From the NCBI GenBank assembly GCA_035623855.1, contig DASPSQ010000001.1, forward strand, positions 46,092 to 110,091: a DNA stretch of 64,000 nucleotides. The letters are read 5' to 3'. Of this stretch, positions 45,507 to 53,880 are shown piece by piece (position 1 is the stretch's first letter; each line of letters begins with the position of its first letter). Source of the DNA: Thermoplasmata archaeon. Its GTDB lineage: Archaea > Thermoplasmatota > Thermoplasmata > Lutacidiplasmatales > UBA184. A program made the position numbers and the translations under genes. The notes below the pieces were generated by a model. That model was not told where the DNA came from, made no database searches, and worked only from the letters and a program-made list of their open reading frames with translations.

Positions 45507-45944
45507 ATGAGCGACCCGAAGGATCAACCGGCCGCCATGGACTTGCTGAAAACAGTACCGCTGTTCGCAAGTCTCGAGAAGAAATACCTGAAGACCCTCG
45601 CCGCGACCGCCGCCGATCAGCGATACAAAGCCGGTGACGTCCTCATCGCGGAGGGCCAAAAGGGAATCGGCTTCTACCTGATCGCCGAAGGCCAGGTCAA
45701 CGTCGAAAAAGGTGGGAGAACCGTTGCGACCCTCGGCCCGGGGCAATTTTTCGGGGAAATGGCACTCCTGGACGAAGAGCCCAGGACCGCGACCGTCAAG
45801 GCCGTCAGCCCGACCCGTTGCTTGGTCCTCTCCTCGTGGGAGTTTTGGGGGACCGCGGCCGCGGGGGACCCGACCGTTTTAAAGGCGCTCCTTCGGGAGA
45901 CCGTGCGACGCCTGCGCCAAGCGGCGCCTGGCCCGGAAGATTAA
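45507..45944 (+). CDS. stand-alone cyclic-nucleotide-binding (cNMP) domain protein
   Basis: LFASLEKKYLKTLAA...GDVLIAEGQKGIGFYLIAEGQV...FGEMALLDEEPRTATVKA is the canonical CAP/PKA-type cNMP-binding signature. It is divergent from the cyclase gene. Confidence 0.8.
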   Translation: MSDPKDQPAAMDLLKTVPLFASLEKKYLKTLAATAADQRYKAGDVLIAEGQKGIGFYLIAEGQVNVEKGGRTVATLGPGQFFGEMALLDEEPRTATVKAVSPTRCLVLSSWEFWGTAAAGDPTVLKALLRETVRRLRQAAPGPED

Positions 45945-46242
45945 CCGTCGGTCCCCGTCCCACATCGGACTCGCAAGGGTTTCCGTTCACGAGGCACGTA
46001 GCTCGCTTCGCCGGCCGGCGAAGACGAGCACGGGGCTAGTCTTGGCTGACACGACACCTCGGCCCGAACCGAAACGAGCTGGGTCGCTGGCACCTCAGCT
46101 GACGGCGTTTTGTGGGTGGGCCTTCCCCCAGCTCTTCGAGTCGGTGTGCCACAAAGTCCCTTGTGCAACGCACCCGTGCTACCCGCCGAGTGTTTCATGA
46201 CCTCCTTCAGGAGTTTATCTCCCGTCTTGATGTGCCGTGCCC

Positions 46243-46656
46243 ATGGCCTCGAAGTCGAAGTCCAAGCCGGCCAAGTCATCCAAAAGCCAAGCCGCCCCCT
46301 GGGTCGCGAGCACTGCCGTGGTGGTCAAGGACCGCAAGAACTCTCTGCGTTGGTATACCGAGGTTCTCGGGCTGCCCATCGCAATCTCGGGCGACCATTG
46401 GGTTACGGTGGGGCATGCCCGAAAGGGCGGGGCGATCCACCTGTGTCAGGGCTCGGACCTCGAGCCCCGAGTACCCCTCGAACCGGGCAATAGCGGAATC
46501 TTGCTACTGCTCGACGGGGACTTCCATGCGAACTGCGAGGAACTCAAGGCCCGGGGCGTCGAATTTGTGGATGGTCCCACCCAGCGCCCTTGGGGCTGGG
46601 ACGCCACGATTCGCGACCCTGATGGCAACGAACTGCTCCTGATGCCCTCCGAGTAG
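46243..46656 (+). CDS. VOC family (glyoxalase-like) protein
   Basis: VVVKDRKNSLRWYTEVLGL...IRDPDGNELLLM. Confidence 0.55.
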   Translation: MASKSKSKPAKSSKSQAAPWVASTAVVVKDRKNSLRWYTEVLGLPIAISGDHWVTVGHARKGGAIHLCQGSDLEPRVPLEPGNSGILLLLDGDFHANCEELKARGVEFVDGPTQRPWGWDATIRDPDGNELLLMPSE

Positions 46657-46711
46657 CTGGGAGGGCCAGCGGTCGCAAGACTGCGTACATCCCGAACGGT
46701 CGCGCGACTCT

Positions 46712-47278
46712 CTACCCCGAGCCCCCGGCGGTGTCTCGGGTGGCACTCCACTCGAAAAAAAGCGCACCCTGCACGGGGTGGGGCCAGTAGGGTGGGATGG
46801 GCTTGAACCCCATCTTTTGGTAGAACTGTATCGCGGCGGTCATCGACGGGAGCGTATCCACCCGGACTCGCTCGAATCCGAGCTCACGCGCTCGCTCCAG
46901 CAGCGCGGCCGTGAGCACCGGGCCGAATCCCGGCCCTCGGTGATCCGCCCGCACGTAGATTCGCTTGATTTCGCCGACCTTCGGTTCCCACTCCCGTAGT
47001 GCACCGCAGGCGACGAGCTCGGCGTGATGGAACGCGAGGAGAACATCCCCACGCGGCGGACCGTAGACTCCGGGTAGCTCGGAGATAACGCGGTCGAACT
47101 GGACGAGTCCAATCGGCACGGGCGAGTCGGACCCGGTCGCCGCGGGAGAGTGATCCGCGAGCCAATCGCGGTACTCCCGGAAAAGCCGCCGAACCGTGTC
47201 CAGATCATGGGACCAGTTGATTTTCCGAAGCGTAGTGTCGGAGAAATCTGCCCGAGCGGGGTGCTTCGACCTCCTCAT
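46712..47278 (-). CDS. GNAT family N-acetyltransferase
   Basis: Acetyl-CoA binding motif IKRIYVRADHRGPGFGPVLTAALLERARELG. The start is taken at the ATG at 47278; the ORF-track TTG is at 47374. Confidence 0.65.
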   Translation of the reverse strand: MRRSKHPARADFSDTTLRKINWSHDLDTVRRLFREYRDWLADHSPAATGSDSPVPIGLVQFDRVISELPGVYGPPRGDVLLAFHHAELVACGALREWEPKVGEIKRIYVRADHRGPGFGPVLTAALLERARELGFERVRVDTLPSMTAAIQFYQKMGFKPIPPYWPHPVQGALFFEWSATRDTAGGSG

Positions 47279-47528
47279 TCTCTCCCATCGCCTCCGGGCT
47301 GATCGACGGCCCAGCTCACTCGGTCCAAAGAAGGCTCCGGTCATCGCGTCCGAAGTTAGATCTGTCACGCCCAACTCGGAAACTCGTGGAGAGGCGAGAC
47401 CCGGTGCATGGGTGGAGGGTTACGGGCCGGGTGCGTGCGGCCCTGCTGGCCAACCCCCATCGGCTGGTCCCCTCGCGGCTACGCAGAACTACTAAAGAGC
47501 CGTCAGCGATTCCGGTCCAACCGGGCAC

Positions 47529-48419
47529 ATGACCGAAGGTCCCGGACCCGTCCTGGTGACCGGCACGAGCTCCGGAATCGGGCGCAGAATCGTGGAGACC
47601 CTCTCCGAGCAGGGCCACGCGGTCTTTGCCGCCGTACGCAAGGAAGCGGACCAAGCTCCTCTCGCCGCGCTACCGAACGTCACCCCGATCCTGCTGGACG
47701 TAACCCACGATGACAGTGTTCGAGCTTCCGCTCGGATGGTGCGCGAGGCCGGTCGGGGACTCTACGGACTGGTCAACAACGCGGGGACCGTCGACCTCGC
47801 CCCGTTGCTGGATACGTCGATCGAGGACCTCAGCCGGCTGTTGGACGTCAACGTCTACGGCATGCATCGGATGGTCCGGGCCTGCTTTCCGCTGCTTCGT
47901 CAGGCGCATGGGCGCATCGTGAACATTGGTTCCATCAACGGCGTGTATCCCGACATCTTCGAAGGCTCGTACTGCATGAGCAAGTACGCGGTGGAGGCGT
48001 ACACCGACGTGCTTCGGGAGGAGTTCGCCCCGCTCGGAATCGGGGTCAGCGTCGTGGAACCCGGAGGGTTCCGAAGCAACATTGTCTCGAGCTTCTTCGA
48101 GCGGAAGAAAGGCCACACGGCCGCTGCGTCCGTCAGCTCGCCCATGCGGGAGGCCACACAGAAGTTCTTCTCCGAGACATTCTCCGTTCCCGGAGAGTTG
48201 GACCGGTCCCGGTATCCGGACTCCCGTCCGGTGGCGGAAGCCGTCGTGGACGCACTCTTCTCGCAAACCCCCAAGACGCGTTATCTCGTGGGGAGCACGG
48301 GGGAGACCTCGGCGGCCATCGACCAAGTGATCCGGTTGCTGGTCCAGCTGAACGAGCGCCACAACCACTCCTTGACGGCGGACGAACTGGTCGCGCGGTT
48401 GCGCGCCGCTCTACAATAG
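47529..48419 (+). CDS. short-chain dehydrogenase/reductase (SDR)
   Basis: VLVTGTSSGIGRR NAD(P)-binding motif, NNAG, and the active-site YCMSK. Confidence 0.8.
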   Translation: MTEGPGPVLVTGTSSGIGRRIVETLSEQGHAVFAAVRKEADQAPLAALPNVTPILLDVTHDDSVRASARMVREAGRGLYGLVNNAGTVDLAPLLDTSIEDLSRLLDVNVYGMHRMVRACFPLLRQAHGRIVNIGSINGVYPDIFEGSYCMSKYAVEAYTDVLREEFAPLGIGVSVVEPGGFRSNIVSSFFERKKGHTAAASVSSPMREATQKFFSETFSVPGELDRSRYPDSRPVAEAVVDALFSQTPKTRYLVGSTGETSAAIDQVIRLLVQLNERHNHSLTADELVARLRAALQ

Positions 48420-48544
48420 GCGAGGGACCCTTCCGTCGAGTCCGGGCAGCGCCTCCATGGGCCGTCGAGGGTGAACTACCCCTTTCACTCACTGTTCCAC
48501 GACCTTCCCGGAACGCTCTTGGGGACCGTCCGTGTCACGTCGCC

Positions 48545-48919
48545 ATGGAACTTGCGAAAAGCCCCAAACTCGCTCCATACTTGCTCGCCCGCAATGCCGC
48601 CGGACTCGGGCGGTTTATCGAAGAAGGGATTGGCGGAAAGGCAGGGTTCCAGGAACTGACCAAGGACGGGAAGGTGAACCACCTTGAGTTCCGCATCGCG
48701 GACTCGGTGGTGATGATTGCGGAGGCTCCCACCGGCCGCCGCCCTTTCCCCGCCATGATCCATCTCTACGTGACCGACTCCGACGCGGCCTACCAACGGG
48801 CGCTCAAGGCGGGCGCCACCAGCATTCGAAAGCCGCAGGACGCACCCGACGGTCGACGAGGCGGCGTGCGGGATGCCTGGGGCAATGAGTGGTGGTTCAC
48901 CCGACCGGGTCCCGACTGA
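48545..48919 (+). CDS. VOC family protein (PhnB-like)
   Basis: KLAPYLLARNAAGLGRFIEEGIGG...AWGNEWWF. Confidence 0.5.
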   Translation: MELAKSPKLAPYLLARNAAGLGRFIEEGIGGKAGFQELTKDGKVNHLEFRIADSVVMIAEAPTGRRPFPAMIHLYVTDSDAAYQRALKAGATSIRKPQDAPDGRRGGVRDAWGNEWWFTRPGPD

Positions 48920-48954
48920 AGGGGTATCCGACGAAAGGGAGGCGGCTCGCATCC

Positions 48955-49560
48955 ATGGTCACCACGATCGACCTGATGGATTTCGTCCACGAGCTCCGGG
49001 AGGACTTCTTCGAGTGCTCGGCCAAGCTAGGATGGAAGGAATTCACCAAGGACCGCGGGGTGAGCATGCTCTCCTTCCGCGACATCTTCCTTCATCTAGC
49101 CTACGTGGAGGAACAGCACGTCACCGAATTCTGCGAGGGACGACCGACCGCGTGGATGACGGAGGTGATGAAAATCCCCAAGGACCGCTTCCGGAGCATC
49201 TCGGCGGTCCGACGTCGCCTCCGAGAGGTACGGGCGATGGGAGATCAACGGTTCAAGAAATGGAACCGTCCCGAGGAGCTCGAAAAACCCGCGGTCTGGG
49301 TGGCCGCGAGAAAGTACCCCATACGCCTGTCCCGGGACTCCGCCCTCGCGCAATGCCTCACGGAACACCTGCTCCATCTGGGCGAGGTGGAAGCGATGCT
49401 TTGGCAGATGGACGTGGAGCCACCCACGACCTTCTGGATCCAGCGACGCGTCCTTCACGGCCGTTGGCCGCCTCCGAAGTCAGCTCTTTACAACGTTCGC
49501 CCTCGACCTAGGACCTCCGCAAGCCGTCGGGCTTCCCGCATGGCGAAGCGGCGGCGCTAG
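48955..49560 (+). CDS. DinB/YfiT-like (DinB_2) four-helix-bundle protein
   Basis: ..FRDIFLHLAYVEEQHV...LTEHLLHLGEVEAMLWQMD. Paralog of 56029..56505. The ATG is preceded by aagggagg. Confidence 0.5.
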   Translation: MVTTIDLMDFVHELREDFFECSAKLGWKEFTKDRGVSMLSFRDIFLHLAYVEEQHVTEFCEGRPTAWMTEVMKIPKDRFRSISAVRRRLREVRAMGDQRFKKWNRPEELEKPAVWVAARKYPIRLSRDSALAQCLTEHLLHLGEVEAMLWQMDVEPPTTFWIQRRVLHGRWPPPKSALYNVRPRPRTSASRRASRMAKRRR

Positions 49561-49643
49561 ACCCACGCTAGCAGCGCTCCAGCCAAATCGCTCGCCGCGA
49601 AATCGCATGCTGGTGAGCGAGAAATGGCCACTCCTGTCAATAT

Positions 49644-50573
49644 ATGGGACCGGACGCTGGACGGACCATGCCGTCTCCTTCCCCGAGCCTGAACGATCAA
49701 CCGATTCTCCAGGTGGGCGCGACCGGCTATCTCGGAGGCCTTGTCCTCCAGGAACTTCTCTCCCGAGGAAAGAAAGTGCGCGCGCTGGTGCGCCCCGGCA
49801 GCGACGCATCCAGGCTCCCCAACGGGGTCGAAGTCGTTCGAGGGGATCTGCTCGACCCGGCGTCCTTGCGGGGTGCTGCGGCCGACGTCTCCGCCATCGT
49901 CACTTCGGCGATCGGGTACTCCCGCCGGAAGGAGGGAGATTCGATTCGGACCGATCGGGACGGGAACCGAAACCTCGTGGACGCGGCAAAGCACGCGAAG
50001 GTTCCTCGGTTCGTTCTCCTCAGCATCCTCACGTGCGACCAGGCCCCTGACGTGCCCCACTTTTGGGCGAAGAAGGAAACGGAGGATTACCTCGTTCGAC
50101 AGGGAGTTCCGTTCGTCTCGCTTCGACCGGGAGCCTTTCTGTACGCCCCCGAAGGCGGGTACGGCCAGATGATCCGTCAAGGCCTCGAACAGGGCCAGGT
50201 CTTGGCCATGACTCCCGAGGGAATCCGCATCACCTACATCGCGCCCCGCGAGGTGGCTCGGGCGATCGCCCTGGCGGTCGACGAACCCAGAGCCCTCGGA
50301 CAGAAGATCGACCTGGGGTCGGATCGACCCCTATCGGGCCCGGAATACGCGACGCTGCTCGGCGACATACTGGGCCGACCCGTGCGAGTTGCCCCCATGC
50401 AGGGGGGTCGAGGGGCTCGCGACGACGACATGATGGCCATGTTCCGATATTTCCAGACGGGAAAGTACGTGGCCGACACCCGCCGCCAGGCCGAGCTTTT
50501 TGGGCCGGTTCCGAAAGTGGAAGACGCGGCTCGTCAGATGCTCACGGGACTGGGTCTCCTCCCGGGTAAGTGA
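49644..50573 (+). CDS. NmrA-like/atypical SDR NAD(P)-binding protein
   Basis: ILQVGATGYLGGLVLQELLSRGKKVRALVR Rossmann start. The start is either 49644 or 49668. Confidence 0.65.
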   Translation: MGPDAGRTMPSPSPSLNDQPILQVGATGYLGGLVLQELLSRGKKVRALVRPGSDASRLPNGVEVVRGDLLDPASLRGAAADVSAIVTSAIGYSRRKEGDSIRTDRDGNRNLVDAAKHAKVPRFVLLSILTCDQAPDVPHFWAKKETEDYLVRQGVPFVSLRPGAFLYAPEGGYGQMIRQGLEQGQVLAMTPEGIRITYIAPREVARAIALAVDEPRALGQKIDLGSDRPLSGPEYATLLGDILGRPVRVAPMQGGRGARDDDMMAMFRYFQTGKYVADTRRQAELFGPVPKVEDAARQMLTGLGLLPGK

Positions 50574-50617
50574 GGACTCCTCGACTCGCGCTGCGAACGC
50601 CAGCGGCTATCGGCCGT

Positions 50618-51643
50618 TCAGCTGCTCGTGTCCAGCCGACGGTCCGCGCTCTGCTGCTCCTCGGCTCGCCGATCGTACGGGTACGTGACGTCCAGCGTAC
50701 TGGCCAGATTCAGGGCGGCGAGCTGATCGGACGTCAGGGACCACCCGGTGGACCCGAGGTTCTCGGAGAGTTGCTCCGGGCTTCTCGCACCGATGATCGG
50801 CGCGGTGACGGTCGGATGGGACAAGAGCCAGTTGAGCGCCACCTGGGACATCGTATGGCCGGACTCGCGGGCGGCGGCCTCGACCGCGCTCACGATGCGC
50901 ACCGCTCGCTCGTTCTCGAATCGTTGAACGTAGAACTCCTTGTTCTCCGAGTCGGCGATCCGAGTCCTGGGAGGGGGATTGCGAACGCCGTCCCGGTACT
51001 TTCCCGATAGGAATCCACCAGCGAGCGGACTCCATGGAAGCATGGCGACGTTCTCCGCGCCGCACATCGGAAGCAGCTCGAATTCCGTCGCCCGAGCGAA
51101 AAGACTGTACTGGGACTGAAGGCTCACCGGTTCGCTCCATCCTCGATGGCGACTCAGCTGGAGCGCCTTCTCGAACTGCCATCCCCGATAGTTGCTAATC
51201 CCGACATACCGAATCATCCCCTGCCGGACCATCTGGTCGAGGGTCCCGAAGGTCTCTTCGAGAGGCGTGAGCGGGTCCCAGGCATGCACCTGGAGGAGGT
51301 CGATATAGTCGGTCTCCAGACGTTTCAGGCTCTCGTGGACGGCATGATACAGGTTCTTCCTCGAGAGACCGACGTCGTTGACTCCGGTCCCGGTTCGGAA
51401 CCGTGCCTTCGTGGCGAGCACGATCTCGGAGCGGTTGCGACTCTTCAACCAGCTACCGATCATCGCCTCGGACTTTCCGTCCGAATACACATTCGCCGTG
51501 TCGAGAAAGTTCCCGCCTTGCTCGACGTAGAGGTCGAGAATTCGATGGCTGGTAGCTTCGTCCGTCTGCCATCCGAAGGTCATGGTCCCCAAGCAAATCT
51601 CGCTAACGAGGATGCCGGAGTTCCCGAGCCGACGCACATTCAT
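50618..51643 (-). CDS. aldo/keto reductase
   Basis: MNVRRLGNSGILVSEICLGTMTFG...LDTANVYSDGKSE is the AKR N-terminal signature. Confidence 0.8.
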   Translation of the reverse strand: MNVRRLGNSGILVSEICLGTMTFGWQTDEATSHRILDLYVEQGGNFLDTANVYSDGKSEAMIGSWLKSRNRSEIVLATKARFRTGTGVNDVGLSRKNLYHAVHESLKRLETDYIDLLQVHAWDPLTPLEETFGTLDQMVRQGMIRYVGISNYRGWQFEKALQLSRHRGWSEPVSLQSQYSLFARATEFELLPMCGAENVAMLPWSPLAGGFLSGKYRDGVRNPPPRTRIADSENKEFYVQRFENERAVRIVSAVEAAARESGHTMSQVALNWLLSHPTVTAPIIGARSPEQLSENLGSTGWSLTSDQLAALNLASTLDVTYPYDRRAEEQQSADRRLDTSS

Positions 51644-51933
51644 GCCGGAAAGCAAGGAGCGTGACTAATCAGGGTTCCCCGCACACGAGCCTCGCTGCTC
51701 GGGCCGCCGCCCCCACGGCCTACGAACGGACCCTCACCAACAAGGGGTCGCTCAGCGCCTCGGGGGAGGCTGGTCGACGCCACGTTCTTCCATAGTATGC
51801 GGGCCCTCGCTCTACGCGCTGTCGGCTCCTCGTCCCGGGAGCCCTGCGATTCGCTCCGACCTCTCGGGTCGGGTGGAGTGACGTAAATGCAAGACTTAGC
51901 TTCCCTCGAGGGCGGTAAGCTCGATTCGGGAGA

Positions 51934-52320
51934 TTGTACGAGGGAGGGGATGTGTCCGCAGCCGTAAACGAGTGGCGAGGCCGAGGCGAGGCCTGCATGC
52001 TCGCCTGGGTCGCGGCGGTGCTTTTTCTCACGGAGGGGTTTTACCTCCTCACCCACACGCTGACGCTCCCCTTCGGCTCGATCGACCTGCCCTCCGCCGG
52101 TGCCCTTTCGGCGGTTGCGGGACTCAGCATGATCTTCCTCCCCGCCTTCTACCGCAGCTACGGAAACTATCGAGCGTACTTCGGAACGCTCATCGTTTTG
52201 GTGTCCGCCTGCGACCTATGGTTCGGCGGCGGCTTCTGGGTCGGTTCCGTTCTCGGAACCATCGCCGGCGTGTTGATGCTGGTCCTCCCACCGTACGGAT
52301 TGGTCCACGAACCCGGTTGA
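51934..52320 (+). CDS. small membrane protein (3-4 TM helices)
   Basis: Hydrophobic helices throughout the 128-aa ORF. Confidence 0.4.
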   Translation: MYEGGDVSAAVNEWRGRGEACMLAWVAAVLFLTEGFYLLTHTLTLPFGSIDLPSAGALSAVAGLSMIFLPAFYRSYGNYRAYFGTLIVLVSACDLWFGGGFWVGSVLGTIAGVLMLVLPPYGLVHEPG

Positions 52321-52341
52321 TCCTCTTCGGGTCGACGCACG

Positions 52342-53142
52342 ATGGGCGCCGGACGCCCGCCCGGTGAAATCGACGCTGCCGCGGTCAGGTTGCGGGAGAG
52401 ACGCGTTGATGAGGGCACGCTCTTTCGACTCCGTATCGGTGAGGGTCGATCGGTGACCGAGCTGGACTGGTCGGACGATACGTCACGGGCGTACGCTCGG
52501 TACATGGAGAAGAACATCAAGTACGATTATCGTCACTGGGCGACGAAGATCCTCGCGGACCTACAACCCACCCCGCCGGGAACGACGGTGGTGGATGTCG
52601 CGGGGGGTCCGGGATTCCTCGCGCTCGAGGTCGGCCGTCACCTCGACCATCCGCGACTCTGGGTCGTCGACGGTTCTCCCACGATGCTCCAGCTGGCGGC
52701 CGAGAATGGTCGAAAGTACTCTCTCGAGGTGGTCGCCCGCCACGGAGAGGCCGAGCGACTCGAGTTCCCGGACAGTTTCGCGGACGTGGTCCTCTGTAAG
52801 CATTTCATTCGCCTCTCGTCGGACCCGGAGCGGGCGCTGCGGGAGATGGCTCGTATCCTCAAACCCGGTGGCCGGCTCTATGTTGTCGACTTCGATCGCA
52901 GCGCCCCGGCCCTCCGACGGTGGCTGTTGACCCTCTGGATTCGGTTGACCGCGCCGGCGTTCATCCGGTCGGCCTTTCACGATGCTCTACGCACTGGCTT
53001 CTCCGCATCTCACATGGTCACCATGCTCCACGAAACCGGTCTTCGAAATCCTCGGGTGCTCTCCCGGGGCACGAGTTACCTCGTCGTCGGGGAGCGTCCC
53101 CGATACCGCGTGCCGAGCGCGAGCGCGACCGAGGGAAACTAA
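52342..53142 (+). CDS. class I SAM-dependent methyltransferase
   Basis: Motif I VVDVAGGPGF, plus ILKPGGRLYVVD. Confidence 0.65.
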   Translation: MGAGRPPGEIDAAAVRLRERRVDEGTLFRLRIGEGRSVTELDWSDDTSRAYARYMEKNIKYDYRHWATKILADLQPTPPGTTVVDVAGGPGFLALEVGRHLDHPRLWVVDGSPTMLQLAAENGRKYSLEVVARHGEAERLEFPDSFADVVLCKHFIRLSSDPERALREMARILKPGGRLYVVDFDRSAPALRRWLLTLWIRLTAPAFIRSAFHDALRTGFSASHMVTMLHETGLRNPRVLSRGTSYLVVGERPRYRVPSASATEGN

Positions 53143-53211
53143 CCAACACCGGCCCGGTCGCCGCTGCCGTCTTCTCCGAGCTCGGGTTTGGCCTTTGGGA
53201 GGAGCGAGAAC

Positions 53212-53760
53212 GTGACCGAGCTGCGGGTCGGCCCCGCCGTGATCGAGTGCGTTCAAGGTGACATCACGGACCAGCGCGACATCGAAGCGGTGGTCAACGC
53301 GGCCAACGCTGAGCTCCGACCGGGCGGTGGCGTCGCCGGGGCAATCCATCGGGCCGCCGGGCCGGGCCTTTACGAAGAGTGCCGTCCGCTCGCCCCCCTC
53401 CGGCCGGGCGAGGCGGTCATCACGGGAGGTCACGGGCTACCCAACCGGTATGTAATCCATTGCCTGGGCCCGGTGTACGGAGTCGACGTCCCGTCCGACG
53501 TCCTGCTGGCCAACTGCTACCGGAACGCATTGCGGCAGGCCGGCTCGCGAGGAATCCGGTCGATTGCGTTTCCAGCGATCTCGGCCGGAGTGTTTGGCTA
53601 TCCCATGGAGGCGGCGGCGCAAGTCGCCGTCCGCACCGTTCTCGAGGAGGTGAGAGGTCTTCCGGACATCCGCCGCGTCCGGTTCGTGGTGTTCGACGGC
53701 GCGGCCCGGAATGTGTACGAGGCCCTGCTCGCCGCCCGCGTGGGTCCGAAGTCCCGGTAG
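53212..53760 (+). CDS. macro domain protein (ADP-ribose/O-acetyl-ADP-ribose binding)
   Basis: VIECVQGDITDQ..AVVNAANAELRPGGGVAGAIHRAAG...IRSIAFPAISAGVFGYP. A GTG start at 53212 is preceded by gggagg; the ORF-track TTG is at 53188. Confidence 0.8.
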   Translation: MTELRVGPAVIECVQGDITDQRDIEAVVNAANAELRPGGGVAGAIHRAAGPGLYEECRPLAPLRPGEAVITGGHGLPNRYVIHCLGPVYGVDVPSDVLLANCYRNALRQAGSRGIRSIAFPAISAGVFGYPMEAAAQVAVRTVLEEVRGLPDIRRVRFVVFDGAARNVYEALLAARVGPKSR

Positions 53761-53880
53761 GACCTCCCGCGCCCCTGGCTCTGAGAATCGACCGTAGCCC
53801 CCGCGTCGCGACTACCTCACCGGATTCCGCCGGCGAGCGAGGCCTCAAGAACCTTTCCGGGGCATACATTCCGGTGGACC

